Positions 14,501 through 29,300 of a DNA stretch of 64,000 nt are shown one piece after another. The position numbers and the translations under genes were made by a program. The notes beneath the pieces were generated by a model that had not been told where the DNA came from, did not search any database, and was given only the letters and a program-made list of their open reading frames with translations. This DNA comes from the human T2T-CHM13v2.0 reference genome, Homo sapiens, in NCBI RefSeq assembly GCF_009914755.1, contig NC_060929.1. The stretch is one strand, 5' to 3'. Position 1 is the stretch's first letter. Every line of letters starts with the position of its first letter.

Positions 14501-17299
14501 GTACTCACAGTGACTCAAAAAAGGCTAACATGTTACATGAAAATGGCCATAGGGAACTAATTAATCTAGACTGGTACTGAACACTGTGTGTTAAGAGACA
14601 GGAGTGAATGGTAGAGCATGAAGGACTATTTTTATGATTTAATTAATAGGTTAAATATAAAGGAGTATTTTGCAACTAACTTGAAGCTTCCAAAGAGTGA
14701 TTCATCTTTACATATTTTAATATTCACTGCTCAAACTAATTCAGAAGAGATTTACAAATTTTCTGAAGAAATATATAGTAAACAAAGATTAAAATCAGTG
14801 CAGACATTCTCTAAAACTCTTCAAATTCTGAAAAGTGGACCCTGGATTAATTTATTTCAGTTGCCTCCTTTATCTGGGAATTTTTAAAAGCAGGAACATT
14901 ACCTTATTTCTTTTTATATTTTTAGCACATAATAAAATGTCAGGTTTTTAATCAGTGCTCAATAAATGTTATTTGAGTTGAACTAAATTCATACAAAATC
15001 TATGTTGTTTTTATTACTGATATAATTTCTCTCACCTTACAATCCATGTGATTAGCAAAAACAATAAAATAGAATCATATATATAAACATTGCACACTTA
15101 AACAAAAATATGATAGATCATACAACTGCTAAAATTGAGGCTGACCTTTGCCAACACCATTATTAATTCTTCAGGTACTGAAAATAGCTGCAGGCTACAG
15201 AAATTAATTTACTCTGAAACACAATGGGGGGGGTTTCAAAAAAAATAAGCAAAGGAGTGATTTTAGCTTAAAAATAAGCAAATAATGGTTCCTAGGAATT
15301 AAAAAGCAAATATCTGCAAGTGGAATTTTGTTTATTACTCATTTTCTGTTAATTTATATTTGGCTGAATTGTGTTTCTTAAAATGGGCATGTGTGTTAAA
15401 ATTCATTGACGTGGGATTTAGTGGTAATGTTTCTTGCTTTCATGAACTATCAAATAATTTAACTGTCCTTCCTTCAGAGCTCCTGCTGCATAAAATGTGT
15501 TTTTCTTCAGTTACCTTCACAATAGAATTTCAAGCTTGGGCATTTGCTGAATTCTCAACACCCTTAGGATGAGTTATTTGGTTGGAACATCAAAGTATAT
15601 TTTCAGAAAAAATATTTTAAAAAAATCAGTGATTGTGAATATTCTTCTATTTTTCATTGTATATATTTTCATTAAAAAAACAACTTAGGCTCTTGAAACT
15701 AGATGCTATATTAAGAAAAAGGAAAACAAATCTTTCATAAAATGTGACTTAAAATAAATATCTGATCCTGAAAGCAATATAGAATATTTAAAAATAATAA
15801 ATAATTTTCTATTTTCTCCATATTATTTGTTTTATTTGTGTATCTTGTTACTTTGCTTAGTGTTGTATAATCATACCTTTGTTGAACATATGTTGACTAA
15901 GATAGACTGTTAATACAGATTCTCTCTGACTGCCAGTGCTTAATTTCTGTTCAGAATGTGTCAAGAAGACTTCACATTAAGACATGTAAGAAGATATAAC
16001 TGAGATAGCCAACCACTCTTTCCTTCTCAAAATAATGAGTTTTATTCTCGGGATGTAATGCATGCTTTGGGGGTGCGCAGAACTGGACAAGTCAAATATA
16101 CATGGTGTTTTATATGGGAACAAATACCCTACTGCTCATTAAAAAGTGGGGAAATTGGGCAGAAATAGCCAATCTCTTCAACTGCTGCAGTTCTAATCCT
16201 CTAATCTCTGACCCTGCTTAGTACACTTTCCTCTCACTTGCTCTCGCTATGTGCTGAGTAGATTGCTGTGAAGAAGGAGGTGTTGAGGGAGTACATAATG
16301 AAAAAAATGCTACAGTATGAAAAATAAACAACTCACATATCCAATGCAACATCCTCTTCTGTAAGCTCTGCACTGCAGTGTCTGTCTTTGTGATTACATC
16401 TGGTGTTCATCATTCAGTAATCCATCTAAATCCTTGTCTTGTCTGCTGATATCCAGCCTCCTTCCTCTAGCCAGTGCCTTCTGTAAATTTTTGCTTATAT
16501 TTCAATTGTTTTGAAAATAGAGGACAGAAAATGTGAATGTTCATTTTCCTCAGAGTAATATTTACTACTTAATCCTTGGTCCTCTGGACTCCATCCACAG
16601 CCTCATTTTACACTTTCTACTGAATCTCAGACTCTCATTCTACTTGATTTTTTACCAAAGCAGTAAATAAGAAACAGCTCTTATGTTTTCAAAATATTCC
16701 CTACTACAGTCTCCATCACCCTGGAATGTATGGATGTGAGAATCTGATTAATTTTCATGCACTTCTTCATTTACTAGAAAATGCATTGCACTCCAGCTTG
16801 GACTTGATCAATGAGTGCCCTCAATTAAATAAGTAACTTTCAGGCAAGGATCTGCATTCCTTTGCTGAAACCTCCAAAAACATCCTGCTATCATTGTTAT
16901 GCTACTCCTCTAAGGCAGAAGGCTGACACAGGGTGAGACACAGAGATATTTAGTGGTGAAAATACATCCTCAATTGTGACACCTCTGAACTAATATCCAA
17001 AACACACAAAAAACAGTTTGACAATTTAACACTTGACTGCAAAGGAAGATCCTGATAGTTTACCTTGAAGGAAATTGCAGCAATTTTCTGTGAAAGAGTA
17101 AACAACTAATGTGGGATTACCTGGAGAGGACCAGTCTGTCATTCTGGGTGCCTAGGCATGATGAACAGATTCTGGCACTCTCTTCCTAAAGGAAAGCCTG
17201 AGAATTGGCAAAATCTGATAACACACATTAACACCTGTAGTGAGCTGTCTTCTCAATTCATTCTTCAAAATAAAAATTCACAAGAATCTCCTACTTGAG

Positions 17300-18450
17300 T
17301 AATATTTTAACTAAAATAAATCATCCAAGATAAAGGAGAAAACATCTGCCAAGAGTATATATTTAAAAAACAAACAAAAACCAAAGCTTTTAGTAACATC
17401 TTTAAATAGAGGTTACTATTTTAAAGCTTACAACTATAAATCAGAATATGATGCCATGAAAAAAGTTTAAATAATCTGAATTTTTAAAAAATAAAGTAAT
17501 TAGGAGGAACGGAATATCTCCCCAAATTTCCCCAAATTCAGCTCCATTGCCCCCAAGAAAATACTAGAGATTTTGTGTGTGTACATTTTAAGAAGGAAAA
17601 TAGCATAAGGGAATAATCTATGAGATAGCATCCATGTATAATAGAGTTCTAAAGAGAAAAATCTGAAAACAATAGCGAGGATGTTACATATTAGTATAAG
17701 AAAAACTTCCTGAGCTGAAGGAAAATGTGAGGCTTCAAACTGATAGAACCTGCTATAGAAATTAGGAAATAAAGAACAGTACAGCAAGCTAAAATCCCAG
17801 ATGAAATTTTAGAAAATAAGATAAATAAAAGATCTTAAAAATCTTCTGGGAAGTAAAGAGTTGTCCCACAAATCAGCATGAATCAGACTGACATCAGAAT
17901 CATTAAGATGTTTGATAGATTAAAACAGTGAAACCATATCTTCAAAAACAGGAAGGAATAAAATGTGTATTTAGTCAAAATATTAGTAAAATATGGGAGA
18001 GAACAAGGCATTTTTGTTCTTGACAGATTCAGAAAATGTATTCCCACCCAACTTTTCTGGAAAATATTTGAGGGTACATTTAGAAAAATAAGAGAATAAA
18101 CCAATAAAATGACACAGTATTCAGAAACAGTGTAAACAACCCAACAAACCGGTCAAAAAAAGTCCCAGAATAACAACTCCACTCAGACCTTGAACAGGAG
18201 AAAATATATTTCTGTAGGAAAGTTGCCAGGAATAAAGAAAAATCTTAACATAGTGTTCCTGAGAGTTTGTCTTATTGGAAGATATGGAATAATATAGACA
18301 GAACATAGGAATAATACATTTTCTATTGGTAAATTCCAAGACAAAAAAGTTATAGTCCAAATATGAAAAACTTGGCCCAGCTTAGGACATGAAATAAACA
18401 AACAGGAAAGAAGTGTAATACCCTGGTGTTAGTCAATGCATGGGAAAAAT
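17300..18450 (+). mobile_element. Old L1M/HAL1 ORF1-region remnant
   Basis: A-rich sense strand with AAAACTTCCTGAGCTGAAG, ATCAGACTGACATCAGA and CATATCTTCAAAA motifs typical of L1 ORF1. Confidence 0.5.
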
Positions 18451-18544
18451 AAGACGCTGAAAGACATTAGAAGATGGCAAATAAGACAGGTTTCCTCTCT
18501 CTAGATTAAAACAAAAATTTAAAAGACTGCATAAGGTTATACAA

Positions 18545-18735
18545 GCTGTGTTTTCAATAGAGCATTTAAATTTATATAAGTAACTTAAAATAAAATGTAA
18601 AATTTAGCTCATTAGTCTCACTAGCCACATTTTAAAGTTCTCAATAGACACATATACTAGTGGCCATCAAAGTGAATAATTTAAATAGAAAACATTTTCA
18701 TCATCATAAAAATGACTGTTGGACACTGTTGATTT
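18545..18735. mobile_element. hAT-Charlie MER3/MER33-like fragment
   Basis: CACTAGCCACATTTTAAAGTTCTCAATAGACACAT...TAGTGGC motif. Confidence 0.65.
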
Positions 18736-18796
18736 AGAGTACTAAACCAATTAAATAAAAATTTAAATATACAAATTAATGCTGCACACTTTAGAT

Positions 18797-19170
18797 ATAT
18801 TTATTAGTCAGCTTGGGATGCCATAACAAAATACAATTGACTGGGTGGCTTAAGCAATAGTTTATTTTTCAGGGTTCTGAAGGCTGGAAGGTCCAAGGTC
18901 AAGGTGCTCATCTGGTGAGGACTCTCTTCATGGTTTGCACTCAAATGCCTTCTGGTAATGTCCTCACAGGATTTTTCCTTGATGCATGTATGAGAAGAGA
19001 GTAGAGAGAGCTCTGATCTTCTTCTTCTTGAAAGGGCACTAATCTCATCATGTGGGCTCCCTCCTCAGGACTTCATCTAAACCTTCCAAAGATCTCACCT
19101 TCAAATACCTTGAGGATTTGGGGTCCAACATACGAATTTTGGAATAGCACACACATTCAATCTATAGGAG
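18797..19170 (-). mobile_element. MLT1A-like MaLR LTR
   Basis: TTAGTCAGCTTGGGATGCCATAACAAAATAC...GGCTGGAAGGTCCAAGGTCAAGG...GAATTTTGG...CACATTCAATCTATA. Confidence 0.8.
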
Positions 19171-21114
19171 TATATCTATATTTAAATCTATAAAGCATAC
19201 AGAAATGCATGGTGATGCCATTCACAAATTCCATCGATTGATTTATGACCTATAATACGCTGTCATTCAGATACCTCTTTAGATCCACATCCACATTTTT
19301 TGGTTCATCTGAGCTTTTCTAATAAGATGCTTCACTTTATCTTTGAGTTTTATTAAGCTAAAAGAAAATACATAATTTTCATCTCCTAAAGAGTACTTAA
19401 TTTTGAATTTTTTGTAATTATCTTGGAGCTTTCTTCCTTCCTGTCTGATGTTTAAAACTGAGTCATTTTTGCTTGGGTCATAACTTCGATGTATTGTTAG
19501 TCCCGTTCCTATTTGACTCTGTCCATTCTTCCTATTTATTCAGTTCATCTTCCCTGAGCTCCTAGTTGGGATGTTGCTGGGATCCCAGCAGTCTTAGGTG
19601 AAGAATCTTCAGCATTTCCTAGGATAGATTTAAGGAACAACTCCTGTCTTTCATCAAAATTAAAGCAGTTATCCCAGGTCACTCTTAAATAAGCTCTGCC
19701 TTCCATATCTCCCATATTTAAGCTCAGCTTTTACCTTTCTCAGGTAAACTTTTCTATAAAAAAACTGGTTAGGATTATTTTCATGATAAAAATGTTTGTA
19801 TATTCATCACTGCTTGAGTAAAATCTGTACAAAGCGTTTTGCAATTCATTCCCAATTGAGCTTCCCAAGATCTTTGTTTTAGTTCATATTCCTTCAATCT
19901 GCTGCTTATTTTATCCTCTAATAGTATTTATCTTTCAATATCCGAATCCAATGTTATTCTCCAAAGCCTAACCCAGAATATAAAATTAATTTATCTTTCT
20001 CCAGTAATAACTTATATGTAGCTTATTATGTCACAGAACAGATTTTAACAATAACTTTCACTTTTTCTCAAGCAAGAATGTACATTTTTATAAAACTCAT
20101 AGCATCTAGCAAAATAAAAATACTGTGGGTTTTTAGTAAATGTCTACTGATAGAGCAAATAAATCCTTGTGACAACAGCAAGAAGATAAAATAATATAAT
20201 TTTCCCTACTAGGTCCTCATATTAATGTATGTTTGTTGTGTAAAATTTGTGACACACATTGTGGGTACCTCCCAATAGACTTTCAGCACATTGAATGAAG
20301 AGATGAAGTCTTTTTATTTGTGTATGTGATTATAATTGCATAATAAGAAAATAAATATCATAACAGAAAATCCAGACCAAAATAGGAAAAAAATGGAAAA
20401 TAAACTAAATGCAGAAAATTTTCTGATTCAAATACTGTAAGATGTTATTTACTAGACAGTTTTATCTTTCCATTCATTGTTTAATATCCAATAATGTGTT
20501 AGCAAACTTTGCATTAATTACCATAAGGTAATGCATAGGTTATTCATGTAATTTCATGGCAGTGGAATGATACTTAACTCTGTTGAATATTTGTTAAAAT
20601 ACTTACACACTGAAATGTAAAGGGATGGAATAAATAGTGGATGGGTGTCTTATGATTCAGGTACAATACAAATAAATTAAAATCCAACATGCTCTAAGCA
20701 CTCAGTATGTGCAATGCACTCTGCCTGCCCTTAAGGGACAATATAAGATCAAGAAAATACTCTCTTGCTTACCCAGCTGTAACTCCACCCTACTCTAAAA
20801 TAATCTATTTATTCCATTTGATGATGCTACACAGGGCATCTCTAACGAAAAATACCAAATAAATGTTTTCCTCTGTTCAGTTATTTGTTCTTCATTTCTA
20901 GCACAAAAATCAAACAAATATTAGAAGGTAAGTTAGACTGTGTGTGTGTGTGTTTATTTGTATGTTTTAGGCACATGTTTACTCTTTCCATGTGTCAGAT
21001 TGTTTAAATTCAAATCATTTTTGAATTTTTAAAAGTATACGTAGTACCTCATTTGATAAATTTCAGCTGCTGTCTTAATTGCAGATCCTGCAATTTCTTA
21101 TTTATTTTGTCTCA

Positions 21115-21487
<373 letters not shown>

Positions 21488-22501
21488 CTAATCTGGATAA
21501 GGGAATAATGATAGAGAAAGATGAAAAAAGAAATAATGAATCTATTATATAAATAGGACAAATTTAATGATAAATGCTGTCAAGCTATAGGAAGCAGAAA
21601 ATAACTAGCAATATGCAATCTTAGAATTTACCCAGAAATAGAAAAAACAGATATCCTCTTTCCTCTTTCCTCTTTCCCCTCAACTTAGCAATCGTGACAC
21701 AAAGAGAAAATAGAATGAAACTTTTAAAAAAGAGTGCTTTTAGAGCTGAATGGGCCATTTGTTTTTTGTTTTTGTTTTAATCAATGGGCATTTTGATGAT
21801 GGTGAAATAAATAATCCTTTATTTTTTTACCCTGGCCTCACCATTTCTCTCATTTATTCTTGAGTATGTGTTGAGAAATGAAAAGAAAATTAACCTTAGA
21901 GTCAGAGTCTTTTACCCTCAGAAAAAGAGAAGAGCCTGAATGTTAGAACCTTGTCAGGAGATTTGTACTGGTTCTAACTCCAAAGCACAAAATAAGAATT
22001 TTATGCTTCTTTCTGGGTTAACCATCCTAATTTCAAGGTTTTAATAGATCAGCTTACTTGTAATAAAGCTTCTTAAAACATCTTCTTTTCACTATTAATA
22101 TAATTCTTACCTGATTTCAATATTTATGGTGATTTGTAATTTTATGAGAACTATATTTTATAGAAACCAGCTTTATACAAATACATTAAATACATGGAGG
22201 AATTAGAAGCTCGGCATTTAATGATGCAGTTATCAGGGCATATGAATGTGAACCATTTTTGTCAACCTAAGCAAAATGCACTTAACCTGTAAATGTTTCA
22301 TTAACCCACATGCTGGAGATCTGAATTGCAATGGAGAAATTAAAATATACTGTTATGTAAAGTCTATCTTATCAGTTATCTCAGTGTGGCTTGTGGTTTA
22401 GTTTCAGATGTCAAACAAACTGACAGCAGGTACCCTTCCTAGAGGAAACAATAATTACCAGACCTAACTTAGAAAATTCTGGAAGCCAGAAAATACATAG
22501 C

Positions 22502-22855
22502 TTTGTTAGTCCGTTTTCATGCTGCTGATAAAGACATACCCAAGACTGGGCAATTTACATAAGAAGGAGATTTAATTGGACTTACAGTTCCACATGGCAA
22601 GGGAAGCCTCATAATCATGGTGGAAGGCAAAGAGGAACAAGTCAGGTCTTTTGTGGAAAGCAGCAGGCAAAGAGCACTTGTGCAGGGAAACTCTGCCTTA
22701 CGAAGCCATCAGATCTCGTGAGACTTATTCCCTATCATGAGAACAGCACGGGAAAGACCTACACCCCATGATTCAATTACCTCCCACTGGGTCCCTCCCA
22801 CAACATGTGGAAATTCAAGATGAGATTTGGGTAGGGACACAGCCAAACCATATCA
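22502..22855 (-). mobile_element. THE1 (THE1C-like) solo LTR
   Basis: TTAGTCCGTTTTCATGCTGCTGATAAAGACATACCC...GGACACAGCCAAACCATATCA; perfect 5-bp TSD ATAGC (22497-22501 and 22856-22860). Confidence 0.93.
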
Positions 22856-23019
22856 ATAGCCAAGATCATAGTTAATACTTATCGATATATATCCCATTTA
22901 GTTTAAAGTGATTAGCTACATAGTCTTTAGACTAGAAGTTAGTGTCATCTTCACTCTATTGCTATTTTGGTCGCTCTTCATCTACATTACACACTAAAAC
23001 AAAATAAAAAAAGAAAAAC

Positions 23020-23155
23020 AGTGTAGTATTACAGCTAGGAACACTGACCTTAGAAATTGAAACCATGTTTTGAATCCCTGCTGTGCTATCTTCTAGCCCT
23101 CTAACCTTCTGAAAGTTACTAAGCCTTCCATAAATATAGTTCCCCCATCTCTTAT
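23020..23155 (+). mobile_element. MIR fragment followed by an (ATC)n tract
   Basis: TTTGAATCCCTGCTGTGCTATC...AAGTTACTAAGCCTTC...CCCATCT core-SINE motif. Confidence 0.55.
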
Positions 23156-24126
23156 ATATCATCATCATTATCAATCATCATCATCATCATCACTGTCCTC
23201 ATCTTCCATAATACATTGGTGTAGCACACAGTATTTTTGTCCTATACCACAGGCCTTTGACCTATCACATATTTCAGCTCCATCTGTGGTAGAGAGTTCT
23301 CATGATTCCTGTTATGTCTCACCTATTGTGGTGGCTGAGACTCTATCTTTCTGCCTCTGTTTTTTGTCTTATGTAAAGAAGCTTCCTCAGATGCACATAC
23401 TCAAAGAAGACCCGAGGTGGTGGAGTAGGGTGGGGATGGGCGTAGAGGTCAGCTCCCAGATGCAGGCTTACTTTTTGTATTTTAGTGGTACAATTCTGTA
23501 GAATAGTCAATATGATTCCCCACGGGGCTCACAAAGGGATAGAGCCCTAGTTGACTACAGCTCAGTTGTCCTATTGCAATCACTTTTCTCTTTCCTTGTC
23601 TCACCAGCACTCCCCTCAACTCATTCTCACTTCCTTACTCTTACTTTGTCTCAAATGATCCACCTGTATCCAAGTGATTGTCCTAGGTCATGCTTCTAAA
23701 CGATTCAGTTAAAGAGTTGTATTTTCTCATCATCATTGTCATCATATTCATTGTCATAATCATTGGCATCATGATAATTATCATTAGCATCATCATTATT
23801 TTATGTTTATGTCCATGTTTTCTAGATTCCTAGAGGAAAAGAAAAGCTCCTTAGAATAAGTAGAGATTTCAGTGACTAATGTATTTATTGGACTTAATGA
23901 AATGCAAAACAAGAAAATGAAAACTATTGTAAGAGATGCATGGGCCCTTTGTGGTTGCTTATGGTACCATTTAGTTAAATGGCATTAATCTGAATTGGAA
24001 TAATACAGGCTTTATCATGACTAGATGAATTATTATGATACTATTTTTCTTTACTTAATTTATTCTTACTATAATAATGAAGCAAATAAAATAGTTTCTT
24101 TCAAAAGTACATTTAAAAATGTGGAA

Positions 24127-26420
24127 TTTTAAATGGGACTTCATGATTTGGCTCTCTGCTTGTGTATTGTCGGTGTAAAGGAATGCTCGTAACTTTTGCA
24201 CATCAATTTTGTATCCTGAGACTTTGCTAAAGTTGCTTATCAGCTTTAGGAGTTTTGGGGCTGACATGATGGGGTTATCTAAATATAGAATCATGTCATC
24301 TGCAAACAGAGACAACTTGACTTCCTCTCTTCCTATTTCAACACGCTTTATTTATTTATGTTGCCTGACTGCCCTGGCCAGAACTTCCAATACTATGTGG
24401 AACATGACTAGTGAGAGAAAGCATCCTTGTCTAGTACCAGTTTTCAAAGGGAATGCTTCCAGATTTTGCCCATTCAATATGATATTCGTTATTGGTTTGT
24501 CATAAATAGCTCTTAGTAATTTGAGAAATGTTCCACCATCAACGCCTAGTTTATTGATAGTTTTTAACATGAAGGGATGTTGAATTTTATCAAAGGTCTT
24601 TCCTACATCTGTTGACATAAGCCTGTGGTTTCTGTCTTTGGTTCTGTTTATGTGATGGATTATGTTTATTGATTCCTGTATGTTGAACCAGCCTTGCATC
24701 CCAGGGATGAAGCTGACTTGATTGTGGTGGATAAGTTTTTTGATGTGCTGCTGGATTTGGTTTGTCAGTATTTTATTGAGGATTTTTGCATCAATGTTCA
24801 TCAGGGATATTGGCCTGAAGTTTTGTTGTTGTTGTTGTTGTTGTTGTTGTTGCTGCTCTGCCAGGTTTTGGCCATACTTCCCAGGTAATTTATAGATTCA
24901 ATGCTAGTCTCATCAAACCACCACTGGCATTCTTCACAGAATTAGAAAAAAACTACCCTAAATTTCATATAGAATCAAAGAAAACCCCGTATAGCCAAGA
25001 CAATCCTAAGCAAAAAGAACAAAGCTGAAGGCATCATGCTCCCCAACTTCAAACTATACTATAAGGCTGCAATAACCAAAACCGCACGGTACTGGTACCA
25101 GAACAGACATAAAGACCAATGGAACAGAACAGAGACCTCAGAAATAACACCACACATCTACAACTATCTGATCTTTGAAAAGTCTGACAAAAACCAGCAA
25201 TGGGGAAAAGATCTCTTATTCAATAAATGGTGCTGGGAAAACTGGCTAGCCATACGCAGAAAACTGAAACTGGACCCCTTCCTTACACCTTATACGAAAA
25301 TTAACTCAAGATGGATTAAAAACTTAAATGTAAACCCCAAAACCATAAAAATCCTAGAAGAAAACCTAGGGAATTCCATTCAGGACATAGGTATGGTCAA
25401 AGACTTCATAACTAAAACACTAAAAGCAATGGCAACAAAAGCTAAAATTGACAAATGGGATCCAATTTGACTAAAGAGCTTCTGCACAGCAAAAGAAACT
25501 ACCATCAGAGTGGACAGGCAACCTACAGAATGGGAGAAAATTTTTGCAATCTACCCATCTGACAAAGGTCTAATGTCCAGAATGTACAAGGAACTTAAAC
25601 AAATTTACAAGAAAAAAACAAACAAGCACATCAAAAAGTGGGCAAAGGATATGAACAGACTCTTCTCAAAGGAATACATTTATGTGGCCACAAATACATG
25701 AAAAAAAGCATCAACTGATCATTAGAGAATGTAAATCAAAACCACAATGAGATACCATCTCACACCACTCAGAATGGTGATTATTAAAAAGTCAAGAAAC
25801 AATAGATGCTGGCAAGGCTGTGGAGAAATAGGAATTCTTTTACACTGCTGGTGGGAATGTAAATTAGTTCAACTATTGTGGAAGACAGTATAGCGATTTC
25901 TCAAGGATCTAGAACCAGAAATACCATCTGATGCAGCAATCCCATCACTGGGTATATATCCAAAGGAATATAAAACATACACATGTATGTTTATTGCAGC
26001 ACTATTTACAATAGCAAAGACATGGAACCAACCCAAATGCCCATCAATGATAGACTGGATAAAGCAAATGTGTTACATGTACACCATAGAATACTATGCA
26101 GCCAAAAAAGAATGAGATCATGTCCTTTGCAGGGACATGGATGAAGCTGGAAGCTGCCATCCTCTGCAAACTAACACAGGAACAGAAAACCTAACACCGC
26201 ATGTTCTCACTCATAAGTGGGAGTTGAATAATAAGAACACATGGACACAGGGAGGGGAACAACACACACCAGGGTCTGTTAGGAGGTGGGGATTGACAGG
26301 AGGGAACTTAAGGGATGGGTCAACAGGTGCAGCAAACCACCATGGCACACGTATATCTATGTAACACACCTGCACCTTTTGCACATACATGTATCCCAGA
26401 ACTTAAAGTAAAAATTAAAA
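24127..26420 (+). mobile_element. 5'-truncated, 5'-inverted L1PA8-like LINE (antisense 24127-24871, sense 24869-26420)
   Basis: ORF2 RT peptides ([22 protein letters not shown]) on minus; ORF2 C-terminal peptides ([20 protein letters not shown]) and 3' UTR on plus; TSD approx AAAAATGTGGAA/AATAATGTGGAA. Confidence 0.93.
24822..24852. repeat. (TTG)n microsatellite inside the L1
   Basis: Run of about 10 TTG units. Confidence 0.9.
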
Positions 26421-27636
26421 ATAATGTGGAAATAGGCATAGAAATTTTCAAGTTACTAAAGCACTTTGGGAACTTACATTCTTATAAACAAATTGGCCTC
26501 ATAATTTTTATCTACTCATCAAATATCCATAAATGGTTAAGATCAATGATTATTATTTGTATATTGGAAAATAAAATTATACACCAAAGTATTATATAAC
26601 TTAAAAATATCTATTAACTTAGATCAGTCATCCCCAGGATCATGGTATTTAATCTGCTCAGCGTATAGTGAACTTCATTTTGATCTGGTCGCTTTAAAAC
26701 ATGTTATCAACCTAATATATATGTAAAGCGTATTCTGTTTAATAAAGGGAATTAAAGAGCTGTAGTATAATTTTTTAAATTATTAAAGCTTAATACTTTT
26801 AATCTAGTCATATTGTATATATGATGCAATATAATGTGAGCAGAGCCACATTATAATAACACCTTTGAGATACGTCAAGGTTTTAAATATAATGAAAGTT
26901 TTTGGTGTACCATAAGAACATATTGTATTTTCTTACTATATAAATCATTATATGTCATATACTAAAGACTAAACATAAAGCCTATGAACCACTTAAAGCA
27001 TTATGGCTATCTGTTCAATAATTACTCATACAAGGTACCTGCACTGTGCCAATTAGTAATCTGAGTTCTGTGGATCAAAGATTAATAAGAAAGAATCACT
27101 TCAGTTTAGTAGGCCATTATCTACTAGAGAAATAAATACAAATAAATAGTTACAAGCATATTTTATAATTCTTTATTGTAATATCCATTAGAAACAAAAG
27201 TATAAAAAGTATAGCAACTGGTGTGATCCTGAAAATTTCATGAAGAGGTTGCATTTTAACTGGATTTTGATAAATAAAAATGGCAGTTTCCAATGGAGGA
27301 TTTAGAGGAGAGAATTTCAAGTAATACAGCATAATGGAGAGGAGATTTGCCCAGGTAAGAGGAAATACCATTACTAAGGGATTGCAGAGCTTGGTAGAAT
27401 GTGGTCTAAAATCTAGAAAGATCAATGATCACAGATAATGTATTTCGAACTTACATTTTGAAAATCACCCTATATTCAATGAAAAAGCTATCCAGAGATT
27501 TTATGTCGACATCTCTTCCTTCATTTAAAATTTCACTTTTGGATTTCTGAAAAAGTCCTCATGTAATAATTTCTTTTTTTCTTTTCATTTCAATTATCTC
27601 CTAGAGTGACAATCACTTTAAGTCTCACATTGACAA

Positions 27637-28040
27637 TGTCTCAGTTTGTTTGTACCGCTCTAACACAATACCTGATACTGGGTAAATTTAGAGAGCACAG
27701 ATTTCTTTTCTTACTGTTCTTGAGGCTGAGAAGTGCAAGTTCAAGTCACTGGCAGGTTTGGTTGTCAGATGAAAGCTGCTTTCTGCTTCCAAGATGGTGC
27801 CTTATGGCTGCATCCTCTGGAGGGGAAAAACTCTATGTCCTTACATGATAGAAGGGATGGAAGGCATGAAAAGATATGAACTCCATATGTCAAGCTCTTT
27901 TATATAAATATCTAACATCATTCATTAGGGCAAAGTCCTCATGACTCAATTACCAACTAAAGGCCAACTCTAATATTGCTGCATAGAGGATTAAGTTTCA
28001 ACATGAATTTTGGAGGGGAAACTATCTTTCAAACCATAGC
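27637..28040 (-). mobile_element. MST-type MaLR LTR
   Basis: TGTCTCAGTTTG...CTGCTTCCAAGATGGTGCC...GATTAAGTTTCAACATGAATTTTGGAGGGG...CAAACCATAGC. Confidence 0.8.
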
Positions 28041-28181
28041 TCCATCTATGTGTGGGTAACTGTGAAATTTAAACTTCTACTGCACTAATTTTTCCTGAAA
28101 GACAGATAATGTATATATCTACATTCTTAATATCTTCCCACAAAAGTCTAAGAAGCTCCAATAATTTTGTTCAAAAGTGAC

Positions 28182-28544
28182 TGTATTCGTTTGTTCTCAT
28201 ACTGCTACGAAGAAATACCTGAGACTAGGTAATTTATAAAGAAAAGGAGGTTTAATGGACTTACAGTTCCACATGGCTGGAGAGGCCTTACAATCATGGT
28301 GGAAGGCAAAGGAGGAGCAAAGTCATGTCTTACATGGTGGCAGGCTAGAGAGCATGTGCAGGGGAACTGCCCTTTATAAAACCGTCAGATCTCATGAGAC
28401 TTATTTACTACCACGAGAACGGCACAAGAAAAACCCAACCCCAAGATTCAATTACCTCCCACCAGGCCCCTCCCACGGCATGTGAGGATTATGGGAGTTG
28501 AAATTCAAGATGAGATTTAGGTGGGGCATAGCCAAATTATATCA
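28182..28544 (-). mobile_element. THE1 (THE1B/D-like) solo LTR
   Basis: TGTATTCGTTTGTTCTCATACTGCT...GCCAAATTATATCA; perfect TSD GTGAC (28177-28181 and 28545-28549). Confidence 0.93.
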
Positions 28545-28624
28545 GTGACCCATTGAATTTACTCTGAATTAGTTTATTACTGATATTTCCCATTTTAAGA
28601 AGCTATCACCACCAGCATGCAAAC

Positions 28625-28660
28625 ACAAACACACACACACACACACGCACACACGGACAC
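28625..28660. repeat. (CA)n microsatellite, imperfect
   Basis: CA run with interruptions. Confidence 0.85.
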
Positions 28661-28669
28661 GCAGTTGCT

Positions 28670-29300
28670 TCACATAAAAATAAAAGAAGCTATCTTTAAC
28701 TGCCATTCTCTGACATCTTGAACACTGTCCCTTTCAAAATCAATGTGACCTCAACTCTTTGTTTCCACTCTTATTATACTTGTTGCAATGATCACCATTC
28801 TTCCTGGGCTAGTAGAAAAATCCTCTTAACTAGCCTTCCTACTTTCACTCTTGGATCCCTCTAATCCATTTTTCACACTGTAGTTGAAGGGAACTTATTA
28901 AATTGTGCTGAAATTTTTCTTATGCTACTTTCTCTCTTGTTTAGTATATTCAAGCCACTCTGTCTCTCTGGCTGTTTCTCAGGCTCAAATTTTCTGTCCC
29001 TGATATTTTTATAACTATTTTTTATTATGAATAAATTTCTTGCTTAAAAATTACTTCCTAAGGCCACATCATAAAATACCCTGAAATTTTTACTTAACTT
29101 GCCATTCTCTATTTTACATATAGTCACTGTTTTATCTTCAATATGTTATTATAATTTGTAAAAAATATTTTTTGCTATGTTTATTTGCTTATTGCCTGCC
29201 ACCCTTCAAAAGAAAGCTAGAATATCCCTTCAACAGCAAAAATAATATCTGTTATTTCACCCTTTTATCTCCAGCACCAAAGAATTACAACATTATTTGC
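28670..29300 (+). mobile_element. L2 LINE fragment
   Basis: TCCTCTTAACTAGCCTTCCTACTTTCACTCTT...CTAATCCATTTTTCACACTG and TTATTTCACC...ATCTCCAGCAC L2-like motifs. Confidence 0.55.
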
